A DNA stretch of 64,000 nucleotides from Clostridiales bacterium (GTDB lineage Bacteria > Bacillota > Desulfotomaculia > Desulfotomaculales > VENG01): the NCBI GenBank assembly GCA_016278505.1, contig JADQBQ010000017.1:37357-101356 (forward strand), read 5' to 3'. This document shows positions 45,436-54,645 of this stretch, one piece after another. Under the pieces are notes generated by a model. That model saw nothing but the letters and a program-made list of their open reading frames with translations. It did no database searches and had not been told where the DNA came from. How positions within the stretch are numbered: position 1 is the first letter of the stretch; each line of letters begins with the position of its first letter. The position numbers and the translations under genes are program-made.

Positions 45436-48400
45436 AGAGGACAAGAGGATTTCCCTCCTTCCTTCGGGCCTCATGCTCTAGCCGTTGGCGTAATTCCTTA
45501 GCATCGTGGTTTGAAGTACGGTGACAGTTTTCCGGCAGCCAGGGGTCAAAACGGCAAACCGGGCCGTAAGGGCAGAACCGGCAGGCAGTATTCTGTCCGC
45601 TCTTTAAGGGCGCGATATCCACCCTTCCCTGGACAATATGCTTTCCAACCCTGGCCAACAAGTCGTTCAAGCCACTTAACAACCACTTAAACTCACCCGG
45701 TGTATACACCGAAGCTTTCTGGCGGCCGGAGATACTGCCATCTTTTTTCAAGGCAGCGGGAACAACCTCGGAAGCAAGACCCGGCCCTAAATTTTTATCC
45801 ATAAAACGAAAGAAATCCGTTCCGTTATCCACCAACCAACCTGAAAGTTTAAACTGCTTCAGCAACTCTTTAGCTAAATCTTCCGGGTGCAGATTGGGAT
45901 TATCTACGTCCAAAACCGGCCTTTGTACACTAAAGTAAAACGCCCCTGCCGGCTGTATTTTTTGTTCACCGCGGCAGCACAATGCTTCGAAATACTGCAT
46001 CGCAACCCACAAATAAACCAGCAGTTGCATCTGTTCCCCGCCCAGTACCCGGCCCAGGTCCAGCTTTTCCCGCCCCGACTTGTAGTCAACGACACTTAAA
46101 TAAAGTCCTTCTTGATTGGCACCCAGGTCTACGCGGTCAATTCTACCGCCAAGAGTCAACGAAACCCCTTCCCCCAGTTCTACTTCCAGGGGAGGTAAAA
46201 ATAGTTCCGGCCAAAAGTATTGATTCTGTTTACTTTGCAGTTGGTCCGGCCTTCCCTTCGGACCAAAATAGACCTCCAGCGCAGCAGGGCGCAGACCGCT
46301 GCTTTTCAACTGCTCCACCAGCGCATAAGCGGAAGCGGAAACACGTTCCGCCAGGCGTTCTTTTTGTCGCCGCAAGCGGGCACTACTAAGCAAAATATTC
46401 CCCTGCAGGCTGGGTGCCAGCTCATCCACCAGGCCGGAACAAATTCCCGGCACCTCTTGTATTTGTAGATCATCCCATCCCGGTCCACTGGTGGATACAT
46501 ACTCCACAAACCGGCGCATAGCTTCGTGATAAAGCTGTCCGGTATCAGGGGGGTCTAATCTGTAAATTGCTCTTTCCTTAAGGCCTAATCCATGAGCCAA
46601 GAAATGAGAAAAGGGACATTTTACAAAGCTTTCCAGGCTGGAAACACTTCCCGGAATAGTTTTTCCCTGCTTCCTTTGTCTTCCCCAAATTCTGAAGGCA
46701 AGGTTGTCGCCCAAAGGCAGTTCCACATTACGGTTGGTGAAGCCCTCAACCAGCCAACCCAGCTTCTCAGCCCACCTCTCTTTCTCCAGCAGAATATTAT
46801 AAATACGCCACCATACAGGGTGTACTGCACGCCCCCAGGACGATTCCTGCCAGCGTAATGGAAGGCGGGGAACCAATGCAGCGGGATGCTCAGCAAAAAA
46901 AATGTCATCATCACCACCGGGAGGCTCGGCAGGCAAAAGTCCCGCTTTCAACACCGGAAAAAGTTCTTGTACCCGGCGAAATACCGGAGAAGGGGTGACT
47001 GCCCGGCCCTCACTGTCTCCCAAAGGATAGCTAAGCCATAAATGCCCCCCGGTGCGGGTAAGCACCCTGTAGATTAAATACTGTTCCTGGCGCAGCCGGT
47101 CACCCGGGCCGGGTAACATGTCATAGTCATGGGCAGCCAAGCGATGGGATAATTCCTCCCGCTCTTTTTCCGTTAACACGCCGTAACGGCGGCTATTAGC
47201 CGGTAAAGATGCTTCTGTCAAACCCAGTATAAATTGAGCTTTTATGTCTCCAGGCGGCCGTGATCGTTCCACGCTCCCCACGGTAACGGCATCGGGCCCC
47301 GGCGGAATTTGGCTAAAGTGCACAGCCTCCAGACCGGAATCAAGCACCGCCATGACCTCCGGGGAGGTAAGTTCGGCATCACCCAGCAACTCTACAAATT
47401 CATCCAATAGTCCCCCCACCAGTTTCCAAATCTGCCGGTGTTCCCGGGACAGGTCAGGTTGACCACTATTCAGAGCAGCCACACCCCATTCATTCAGCCG
47501 GCGTGGAACCTCCAAATCCATACACAACTCTAAAAGGATACTTGCCCACTCACGGCCTGACATGCGCCGGGGCCTCCCTGCGGCAGCTTCATGCATTTTA
47601 AGCTGTGCAGCCCTCAATTCTTTAACTGTCTTGCTGCGAATTTGGTTGATGCTATCCAACATGCCGGCTGCTTTTTCATCCCCCCGCTTTTCCCCTACCC
47701 ACAGCCTTTCCGGCACATAATGCCAGGGCCGTTCATTATACCAGGAACTTCCTCGGATGCCCGCGGCTAAAACATAGTTCTCCAATATATCCACTTCCTC
47801 CCGGCTCACCCGGGTCAGGCCACTTTTCAAATAGCGGAAAATAGGCTCATAGGACCATTGTGACTGCCATACTTCCAGTGTAGAACGGAGCAATTCCACC
47901 AGCGGGTGATGCATAACCGGTCTTCGGTGGTCAATGAAAAATGGGATTTCATAATCTGCCAGTATCTTGCGCAGCAGTGGAAAATAAATATCCACGTCCC
48001 GCACCGCTATCATTATCTCACGCAGCCGCATACCCTGATCCCTTAGCAGACGACGTATGGCACGTGCCGCACCCTCCACTTCAGCCCTTAGATTTACCCC
48101 TGACATTAGTGTTATCTTCCGTACATTTTCTCTGCAAGGGCGGGCCTGATAATTAAAAAAATTACTCTCCAGATATGACAGCTCCGGAGCTGCGGCAAAC
48201 CGTGATGAAGGGCCGGGATTTAAAAAGATGGCTTTAATCTCTGTCCCCTCTTTGCCCGCCAGGCGCTGTATACGGTCAAATGTTTCTCTTGATTTAGTAA
48301 ACGGGTGGTGTGCTGGCAAGTCACCCCGGATCGAATTTTTGTCAGCGCACAGCGTGAGAGTTACATTCCTTGCCTTACCCAACAGCCTTTGTATCACCGC

Positions 48401-49027
48401 CCACTCCTGCGGGTTAAAAGAGACAAAACCGTCTATCCATACCCTACAGCCGTCCAGCAATGAAGCGGCAGGAATTTGTTCAGCTAATAAGTCCAAATAG
48501 TCATCAGGGTCTGTTAGCTTATCCGCCAGTCTTGCACCCAAACTGGAATAAACAAGGCTTAAATCCTGTAGTTTCATTTCCATTCTGCCCTGGTCCTTCT
48601 TCTCCAACAAATCGCTTAAATGTTCCGGCAACACCTTACATGTTTTAAAGTCACTAATAATTTCTGATAAAGATGCTAAAAAGCCCGTACGGTTATGTAA
48701 GGCACCTAAAAGGTGTAAATTTTGTTTATGGTCTAAAAGTATATTTTTTAGGATCATGCGACGGCCCAATTCCGTAACCGGGTAGTTGGCAGCTCCCCCG
48801 GTTTCCCTTAGCACCCGATAAGCCAGGCGTTTAAAACTATAAACTTGTGCACGTATGCTGCCTCCCCGTGCCGCTAGTTCGCGCTCCATATTAAAGGTGG
48901 CCTGTGCAGGCACAATAAATATTAAAGGCGATCCCAAAGGGTCTGCCTTCATTTGTTTAGTTATCTCATCCAAGCAAGTGTGGGTTTTTCCTGTACCTGC
49001 CCGTCCCATAACAAGGCGCAAAGGCAT
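45422..49027 (-). CDS. addB: ATP-dependent helicase/deoxyribonuclease subunit B (AddB)
   Basis: 1201 aa. Walker A GRAGTGKT. C-terminal nuclease (VVDYKSG) with Fe-S cysteines (C...CRFCPYGPVC). Confidence 0.95.
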   Translation of the reverse strand: MPLRLVMGRAGTGKTHTCLDEITKQMKADPLGSPLIFIVPAQATFNMERELAARGGSIRAQVYSFKRLAYRVLRETGGAANYPVTELGRRMILKNILLDHKQNLHLLGALHNRTGFLASLSEIISDFKTCKVLPEHLSDLLEKKDQGRMEMKLQDLSLVYSSLGARLADKLTDPDDYLDLLAEQIPAASLLDGCRVWIDGFVSFNPQEWAVIQRLLGKARNVTLTLCADKNSIRGDLPAHHPFTKSRETFDRIQRLAGKEGTEIKAIFLNPGPSSRFAAAPELSYLESNFFNYQARPCRENVRKITLMSGVNLRAEVEGAARAIRRLLRDQGMRLREIMIAVRDVDIYFPLLRKILADYEIPFFIDHRRPVMHHPLVELLRSTLEVWQSQWSYEPIFRYLKSGLTRVSREEVDILENYVLAAGIRGSSWYNERPWHYVPERLWVGEKRGDEKAAGMLDSINQIRSKTVKELRAAQLKMHEAAAGRPRRMSGREWASILLELCMDLEVPRRLNEWGVAALNSGQPDLSREHRQIWKLVGGLLDEFVELLGDAELTSPEVMAVLDSGLEAVHFSQIPPGPDAVTVGSVERSRPPGDIKAQFILGLTEASLPANSRRYGVLTEKEREELSHRLAAHDYDMLPGPGDRLRQEQYLIYRVLTRTGGHLWLSYPLGDSEGRAVTPSPVFRRVQELFPVLKAGLLPAEPPGGDDDIFFAEHPAALVPRLPLRWQESSWGRAVHPVWWRIYNILLEKERWAEKLGWLVEGFTNRNVELPLGDNLAFRIWGRQRKQGKTIPGSVSSLESFVKCPFSHFLAHGLGLKERAIYRLDPPDTGQLYHEAMRRFVEYVSTSGPGWDDLQIQEVPGICSGLVDELAPSLQGNILLSSARLRRQKERLAERVSASAYALVEQLKSSGLRPAALEVYFGPKGRPDQLQSKQNQYFWPELFLPPLEVELGEGVSLTLGGRIDRVDLGANQEGLYLSVVDYKSGREKLDLGRVLGGEQMQLLVYLWVAMQYFEALCCRGEQKIQPAGAFYFSVQRPVLDVDNPNLHPEDLAKELLKQFKLSGWLVDNGTDFFRFMDKNLGPGLASEVVPAALKKDGSISGRQKASVYTPGEFKWLLSGLNDLLARVGKHIVQGRVDIAPLKSGQNTACRFCPYGPVCRFDPWLPENCHRTSNHDAKELRQRLEHEARRKEGNPLVLYDLD

Positions 49028-49088
49028 TTAAAATCCTCCTGTGGTTTTGTTTTTATTTTACCAAATACCGACAGAGAGGAACAGTGTT

Positions 49089-49122
49089 AAAAGAGCAGCG
49101 GTTTAATTAAGCCGCTGCTCTT
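49089..49122 (-). terminator. intrinsic terminator upstream of addB
   Basis: agagcagcgg-(c)ttaattaa(a)-ccgctgctct hairpin followed by TTTT on the minus strand. Confidence 0.6.
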
Positions 49123-49131
49123 GACTGCTTC

Positions 49132-49172
49132 AATAAGTCAACAATCGTGCCTGGCACTTTTGTTGACTTATT
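49132..49172. repeat. small palindromic repeat (family F), copy 2
   Basis: aataagtcaacaa-tcgtgcctggcac-ttttgttgacttatt. Inverted relative to copy 1 at 19022..19057. Confidence 0.7.
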
Positions 49173-49198
49173 GCGGGTTACGATCTAGGCTAATGATA

Positions 49199-49408
49199 AA
49201 CCTGGCTTTTGCGCAGAGCGAATGAATTGAATCGAGCCGTGGCCAGGCTTAGCGAAGTCGATAAGCGAAAGCGGGGCCGAGCACAGGACGTGCGAGGCCG
49301 CCCCTTGAGCCAGGACGGCGAATGGGGCGGGTACCCCGCTGGAGCGTGAGACTGAGCCTTAGCCTGGCCCGGCGAGATGAATGAATGAGCGGGCGCATAA
49401 GACAGGTT
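49199..49408 (+). repeat. repeat family A, copy 1 (uninterrupted ~210-bp GC-rich multi-hairpin element)
   Basis: Termini aacctggcttttgcgcagagcgaatgaattgaatcgag ... gcgagatgaatgaatgagcgggcgcataagacaggtt form an imperfect terminal inverted repeat. Internal pairings include ccaggcttagc/gccttagcctgg, agcgggg/ccccgct and ccgcccc/ggggcgg. Copies lie at 57679..57972 and, inverted, at 16687..16995. Confidence 0.9.
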
Positions 49409-49500
49409 GACCCACCAAGCCTTCGGTCACCCCCTTGATCTAAGAATGGCTTATGAGCAGGCGGAAAAAAGATGCTAGCTATACAACTTTGGCAACAACG

Positions 49501-49538
49501 AAAAAGAGAGCTGCGGCAGAATGCCGCAGCTCTCTTTT
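49501..49538 (-). terminator. intrinsic terminator of the oxidoreductase operon
   Basis: agagagctgcggca-ttc-tgccgcagctctct perfect 14-bp stem followed by T5 on the minus strand, 12 nt after the stop at 49550. Confidence 0.85.
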
Positions 49539-49549
49539 ATTCTTAACTC

Positions 49550-49801
49550 TTAGTTTTCTTTTTTCTTCTTTTCCACCGCAATAGCGGTATCCGGACAAAC
49601 GGTCTGGCAAATGCCGCAGGCGATACATTCATCGTTTATCTCCACTGCAGGAGTACCGTAAACGCCTAAAACATCGGACCAGCTCATGCATTTTTTGGGG
49701 CACTTTTCAATACAAAGCCCACAACCTTTGCATAGTCCAGGGAAAATACTCCACATTCCTTTTTCAACTTCCAGTGTCCGTCCCTTGAAATCAATGGACA
49801 T
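49550..49801 (-). CDS. 2-oxoacid:ferredoxin oxidoreductase, delta subunit (2x[4Fe-4S] ferredoxin)
   Basis: 83 aa with two CxxCxxCxxxCP motifs (CKGCGLCIEKCP, CIACGICQTVCP). Confidence 0.9.
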   Translation of the reverse strand: MSIDFKGRTLEVEKGMWSIFPGLCKGCGLCIEKCPKKCMSWSDVLGVYGTPAVEINDECIACGICQTVCPDTAIAVEKKKKEN

Positions 49802-49813
49802 AAGCCACCCCCC

Positions 49814-50383
49814 TTATAATGCCTCGGCCACTAACTGAGCACCACGTTCAATGGCCTTGAAATTCATTTCTCTTAATTTGGGATTCTGTTCAAATTTATA
49901 GCCTAATTTCTTCTCAATGGCTTCTTTAACCTTCTCTTCCGGTACAACGTCCGTAGCCTTAACAACCGCACCCATAATAATCACGTTAAAGACCCTGGGA
50001 TGCAGTTCATTCTTGGCAACTTCCAAAGCCGGAATACCAAAAACCTTCTTGGCATTATCAGGCAGGTCGTCATCAGTAATTCCCTCAATACCGGAATCGT
50101 AAACGAAAACGGTTTCCGGACCTACATATTTGCGAGTACGATGAATAGCTCTATCACTTAGAGCAACTACAATGTCTGCAGTTTGGAACTTAGGAGCACC
50201 GATAGCTACGTCACCGATCTGAAGATACGCCACCGAAACTCCACCGCGCTGCTCAACACCAAAGTTAGGGATATAAAGAGCTTCCCTACCCTGCTCATTG
50301 GCAGCTTCGGCCAAAATTTGGGCTACTGATTGTACCCCTTGACCGCCTTCACCTGCTAAAGCTATTTTCCAAGCTCTACCCAT
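49814..50383 (-). CDS. 2-oxoacid:ferredoxin oxidoreductase, gamma subunit
   Basis: Motif GEGGQG......LA.A. The start at MGRAWK (50383, RBS gaggaggg) is preferred over 50401. Confidence 0.9.
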   Translation of the reverse strand: MGRAWKIALAGEGGQGVQSVAQILAEAANEQGREALYIPNFGVEQRGGVSVAYLQIGDVAIGAPKFQTADIVVALSDRAIHRTRKYVGPETVFVYDSGIEGITDDDLPDNAKKVFGIPALEVAKNELHPRVFNVIIMGAVVKATDVVPEEKVKEAIEKKLGYKFEQNPKLREMNFKAIERGAQLVAEAL

Positions 50384-51143
50384 TAGCCTGTCCCTCCTCA
50401 TTCTGGGAACCGGGGGCTTTTAATTCACCCACTGTAAAGTACTGGGACATTTCCTTCTCCAGGAATTTCCAGGTATCTGTGGCATTGGTTCTCCAGTTAG
50501 TGGGGCACGTCGATAATGCTTCAACAAAGCTAAAGCCGTTACCGTTCATTTGATTTTCCAGTGCATTTTTAATGAATTTAGTAAGCTGCTTAACATTGGA
50601 AACCGTACCCCGGGCCACATAAGCACCGTCCGGAGTAATGGCGGAAACCATTTCCGGTCCCAGAGTAGGATTACCGGTCTTTGCTACATCACGACCGTAA
50701 GGTGAAGTCTCCGTTTTCTGTCCTGGTAATGTAGTGGGTGCCATTTGGCCACCGGTCATACCGTACTGGGTATTATTTACCACTATTGCCGTTATGTTTT
50801 CATTCCGTGCGGCTGCATTAACAAGATGCTGAGATCCTATAGCATAGCCACCGCCGTCACCCATGTACGCAACACCAATCACGTTGGGGTTGGCACGCTT
50901 AATTCCAGTAATAACGGGGTTAGTCCGCCCGTGGTGAGTCTGAATGGTATCAATGTTGAAAAAATCCCATGCAAGCAGTGAACAACCGATATCACAACCA
51001 AATACAGCCCTATCCTGAATACCTAATTCATCGATGGCCTGTCCCAAGGCTTTTAAAACAATACCGTGCCCACAGCCGGGACAAAACTTATGCGGCTTGC
51101 TTTCCATACGCCAGCAATTAGGCATGGCAAGCTGAACTGACAT
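50376..51143 (-). CDS. 2-oxoacid:ferredoxin oxidoreductase, beta subunit (TPP-binding)
   Basis: 255 aa. CPGCGHG motif and TPP-binding GDGG..AIG.......N motif. Confidence 0.9.
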   Translation of the reverse strand: MSVQLAMPNCWRMESKPHKFCPGCGHGIVLKALGQAIDELGIQDRAVFGCDIGCSLLAWDFFNIDTIQTHHGRTNPVITGIKRANPNVIGVAYMGDGGGYAIGSQHLVNAAARNENITAIVVNNTQYGMTGGQMAPTTLPGQKTETSPYGRDVAKTGNPTLGPEMVSAITPDGAYVARGTVSNVKQLTKFIKNALENQMNGNGFSFVEALSTCPTNWRTNATDTWKFLEKEMSQYFTVGELKAPGSQNEEGQANG

Positions 51144-51233
51144 AAAAGGGGCCTCCTTTCTATCTCTCCCGTAACATTAATCTAGCCCGGAATAACAAAT
51201 TTATTGCAGTCTAATTAACATATATCTGCGTCT

Positions 51234-52319
51234 CTAAACTATTTCTCTAACCCTGGCTTCAATTTCCTCCGCGGTGATACCAACGCCAGGCTTAAACAAG
51301 GACAACATCTCAGCTGAGCAACCATAGATGGCTTCTTTGAGCAAGCGATCCATTTGACCGTTGGCTGACTCAACAACCAAAATTTTATCGGCATTATTAG
51401 CTACTTCCCTGAGTTCAGGAACAGCTAAAGGACGCAGAGTTACGGGACGGAAGAAACCTACATTAAATCCCTCTGCTCTAAGGTCTTCCACAGCCGCCTT
51501 CGCTCCCCGGGCAACAACACCGTGAGCAATTACAACTACCTTTGATTCCTTGCTGCCTATTTCTTTGTATTCTGCGACTTCCGGTGTCATTTTATTGTAG
51601 TCTGCAAAATGTTCCTGCAAAACGTCGTATAATTCTTCTTCGACGTTATAAGTGTTGCGGAAATGTCCCGGCTCTCTGTCAACACCCGGTGTGCCTTCTT
51701 TACCTACAAAAGGCTCGGTGGGAAACATTTCGATTCCCTTTGATGCCGGATCATACATGACCAGAGACTCCCTCATCTTGGCCTGGTAACCGTCGGCCAG
51801 TACGAAAGTGGGGAAGCGGTATTTCCATGCAGTGTTAAAAGCCTTGATGGTGTAATCAAACAATTCCTGGTGGGTAGCGGTAGAATAAACAACGCGAAGT
51901 CCTTCTCCGTTACCACCCAGAGTAGTCAATGTTACTTCCTGCTGCGAGTAAATAACTGTAGCAGTAGACGGACCACCCCGCTGCTGAACAATAGTTACAG
52001 TCGGCAGGCGCATTGCTTCTGCCATGCTGATAGGCTCCTGCATTAAGGTGTTCCCGGGACCAGCAGTAGCGGTGAAAGCACGCCTACCGGCCATTACGCC
52101 CCCATTGGTTGTGAATCCTGCCGACAATTCATCTTCTGTCTGCAGAAACTCCCGCTCATTCTTGGGAGCCAACCTTGTCCAGTAATGCATAATCTCGTTT
52201 TGGGGTGTAATAGGATACCCATACATAATTTCAGCATTAGCTGCTAATGCACCCCAGGCAACCACTTCGTTACCGGTCATAAAGACCCGCTTTTCTTCTT
52301 GGATGACTTTTTCAGCCAT
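51234..52319 (-). CDS. 2-oxoacid:ferredoxin oxidoreductase, alpha subunit
   Basis: 361 aa. N-terminal GNEVVAWGAL.A......GYPITPQNEI, typical of KorA/VorA/PorA. Substrate specificity cannot be read from the sequence. Confidence 0.9.
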   Translation of the reverse strand: MAEKVIQEEKRVFMTGNEVVAWGALAANAEIMYGYPITPQNEIMHYWTRLAPKNEREFLQTEDELSAGFTTNGGVMAGRRAFTATAGPGNTLMQEPISMAEAMRLPTVTIVQQRGGPSTATVIYSQQEVTLTTLGGNGEGLRVVYSTATHQELFDYTIKAFNTAWKYRFPTFVLADGYQAKMRESLVMYDPASKGIEMFPTEPFVGKEGTPGVDREPGHFRNTYNVEEELYDVLQEHFADYNKMTPEVAEYKEIGSKESKVVVIAHGVVARGAKAAVEDLRAEGFNVGFFRPVTLRPLAVPELREVANNADKILVVESANGQMDRLLKEAIYGCSAEMLSLFKPGVGITAEEIEARVREIV

Positions 52320-52502
52320 TTAAACTGGATGCACCTCCTTAGATATACCTAAAAACTGCAGCGATAAAGTTAAAATTATATTGCTGCAAGCTTTAACCAA
52401 TAATTAAAATTAAATCGATTGTTTTGACAACTCAAACAAGTCCTAACTATAAGTTAGGAAGATTATTTTAATTTTCAGCCCTTGTCACGCAAGTAACAGT
52501 TG

Positions 52503-53156
52503 CTACCACAATGTACAGGGCATATACCTTTTCAAGCCGCGCACAGGATTCCCCATACAATCACGCCAATTCATTTGCTCGGCAAGTTCCTGTACAGCAG
52601 CTGTAGCTACCAGGGGCAAACCCAGTCGTTTTGCGGCCTGGGATACCATCTGTGCTCCTTCCTGGATGATGTCAATATCAGTATCGTCACCCAGGTGGCT
52701 GTTATTTATCAGCCCGTGGACAGTGCCCATTCCGTTTACATATTCTACGATGTCATTTACTGTAGCTGTCATAGGTCGTGCTATATTAACCACAACCAGT
52801 AGATGTAAATTTTCTTCCTCTTTGGCACCTTCCAGGAGATTTAATGTTTTAGCACCCTCTGCACCGTAGCCAATATCCAGTATTACATCACCATCACGGC
52901 GTAAGGCCCATTTATTTTCTGCACGTAAAACATTACCGGCTTCACCCAGACCTATGGTTTCACGGGTTTCCCACGCTAACACATGTAAGCCCAGAGATTG
53001 CAATTCGTTTTTAATGGGGCGCAGTGTATAACAAGGTTCTACTATATCCAAGTCTACCAAAGTAACATCCTGGTGACCCTGGTTAAAAAGGTCAATTGCC
53101 CTATTTACTGCCACTTCACTCTTGCCACTGGCATACTCGCCAATGTAACCCTCCAC
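52503..53156 (-). CDS. P-loop NTPase of unknown function
   Basis: 217 aa with a GTG start. Walker A GEYASGKS and a Walker B-like hydrophobic strand plus D (DVILDIG). Confidence 0.55.
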   Translation of the reverse strand: MEGYIGEYASGKSEVAVNRAIDLFNQGHQDVTLVDLDIVEPCYTLRPIKNELQSLGLHVLAWETRETIGLGEAGNVLRAENKWALRRDGDVILDIGYGAEGAKTLNLLEGAKEEENLHLLVVVNIARPMTATVNDIVEYVNGMGTVHGLINNSHLGDDTDIDIIQEGAQMVSQAAKRLGLPLVATAAVQELAEQMNWRDCMGNPVRGLKRYMPCTLW

Positions 53157-53353
53157 TATACGATTAGTAATATCATATGCACCCCCAAGGGTTTTAAAAT
53201 CTTTAAAAATTTTATTTCTAATTTCAAGAATTTAAAAATCATTATCCTTCTTAAATCGGGATAATGTAAATCAATGTGACATTTTATTAAAATATATTGC
53301 AAATACTGTACCACGTCAAGCAAGTGTTTACAATTATTCTGCCTGCACTCTAA

Positions 53354-53626
53354 TTAATTTAGAAATAAATAATTAAGAATCAATAGCAGCACAATACCGG
53401 GGAGATGCAGTGCCCCGGCTAACAAGGCGGTAAAAGGGTTTACTCCAATGTGCATGCCCAGCATCTCCAAAAACAAATTAAAGGCCACAAGAAACACAGC
53501 ACCTAAGGTAAGACATACGGTAACCTTCAGCAACAGCCTTAAGGGACGCAGCACTGACGATCCCATCAACAAAATACCTAAAGACCCCAAAAGCGCCATA
53601 ATAATATATTTCCATTCCATATCCAT
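53354..53626 (-). CDS. bofA: pro-sigma-K processing inhibitor BofA
   Basis: 90-aa two-TM protein. C-terminal motif G..IGVN..TA...G.LG.PG...L matches BofA. Follows recR as in Bacillus. Confidence 0.85.
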   Translation of the reverse strand: MDMEWKYIIMALLGSLGILLMGSSVLRPLRLLLKVTVCLTLGAVFLVAFNLFLEMLGMHIGVNPFTALLAGALHLPGIVLLLILNYLFLN

Positions 53627-53680
53627 ACACCTCCATGGGAACCCCTTGTCCTCATTATATGGATAAGAATGGCAAATATG

Positions 53681-54280
53681 TCACTGCATTTCACGCCTTC
53701 CTTCCATTGCTTTGGCCAGGGTAATTTGATCCGCATACTCCAAATACGAACCTACCGGCAAACCATGGGCAATCCTGGTCACCTTTATCCCCAGCGGCTT
53801 TATTATCCTTGCCAGGTACATGGCAGTAGCATCACCCTCCACATTGGAATTGGTAGCTAAAATGACTTCTTTAACCTTGTCACCCTCCAACCGCTTTAAA
53901 AGCTGCCTTATGGAAAGCTGGTCAGGACCGATTCCCTCCGATGGCTGTAAGGCACCATGAAGCACATGATACAATCCCCTGAAACCATGACTTTTTTCCA
54001 TTGCCATAACATCTTTAGAATCCTGCACCACACAGATCACATCCGGAGTTCTGTTTACATCATCGCATAGCCTGCACGGGTCCTTATCTGTTAAGTTGGC
54101 ACACACAGAGCAATATTTTATGGAATTACGTGCCTCCAGTATAGCTTGGGCCAAATTATGACCGATCTCCGGTGAAGCACTTAAAAGGTAAAAAGCCAGG
54201 CGTTGAGCCGTTTTCGGTCCAATACCCGGCAATCCGGATAGTTCACGCACCAGGCGCTCTATAGCCCCACCACTTTTCAT
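53681..54280 (-). CDS. recR: recombination protein RecR
   Basis: 199 aa. LPGIGPKTAQRLAF helix-hairpin-helix, C4 zinc finger (CSVC...CRLC) and a Toprim domain. Confidence 0.95.
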   Translation of the reverse strand: MKSGGAIERLVRELSGLPGIGPKTAQRLAFYLLSASPEIGHNLAQAILEARNSIKYCSVCANLTDKDPCRLCDDVNRTPDVICVVQDSKDVMAMEKSHGFRGLYHVLHGALQPSEGIGPDQLSIRQLLKRLEGDKVKEVILATNSNVEGDATAMYLARIIKPLGIKVTRIAHGLPVGSYLEYADQITLAKAMEGRREMQ

Positions 54281-54291
54281 ATACTCACCCT

Positions 54292-54606
54292 TTAAGTGAG
54301 TCCGGGAATATTCATACCGCCGGTGAGTTTACCCATTTCTGTATTCATCATGTCTCTAACTTGCTTTAAAGCGTCATTTGTTGCCGTCAAAATAAGATCC
54401 TGCAGCATTTCCACATCTTCCGGATCCACTGCTTCCGGTTGAATTTCTATTGATACTATTTCCTGCTTTCCGTTTGCAACTACTTTGACGGCACCACCAC
54501 CGGCGGTACTTTCCAAAGTACGTTCATTTAACTCTTCCTGCATCTTAGCCATTTGTGTCTGCATTTTCTGAACCTGCTTCATCATTTTATTCATATTGCC
54601 ACCCAT
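54292..54606 (-). CDS. ybaB: YbaB/EbfC nucleoid-associated protein (canonical copy)
   Basis: 104 aa. dnaX-ybaB-recR synteny and an [15 protein letters not shown] motif. Confidence 0.95.
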   Translation of the reverse strand: MGGNMNKMMKQVQKMQTQMAKMQEELNERTLESTAGGGAVKVVANGKQEIVSIEIQPEAVDPEDVEMLQDLILTATNDALKQVRDMMNTEMGKLTGGMNIPGLT

Positions 54607-54645
54607 TAAATATCCTCCCTTTTATTCACATTCATAAGTAATATA

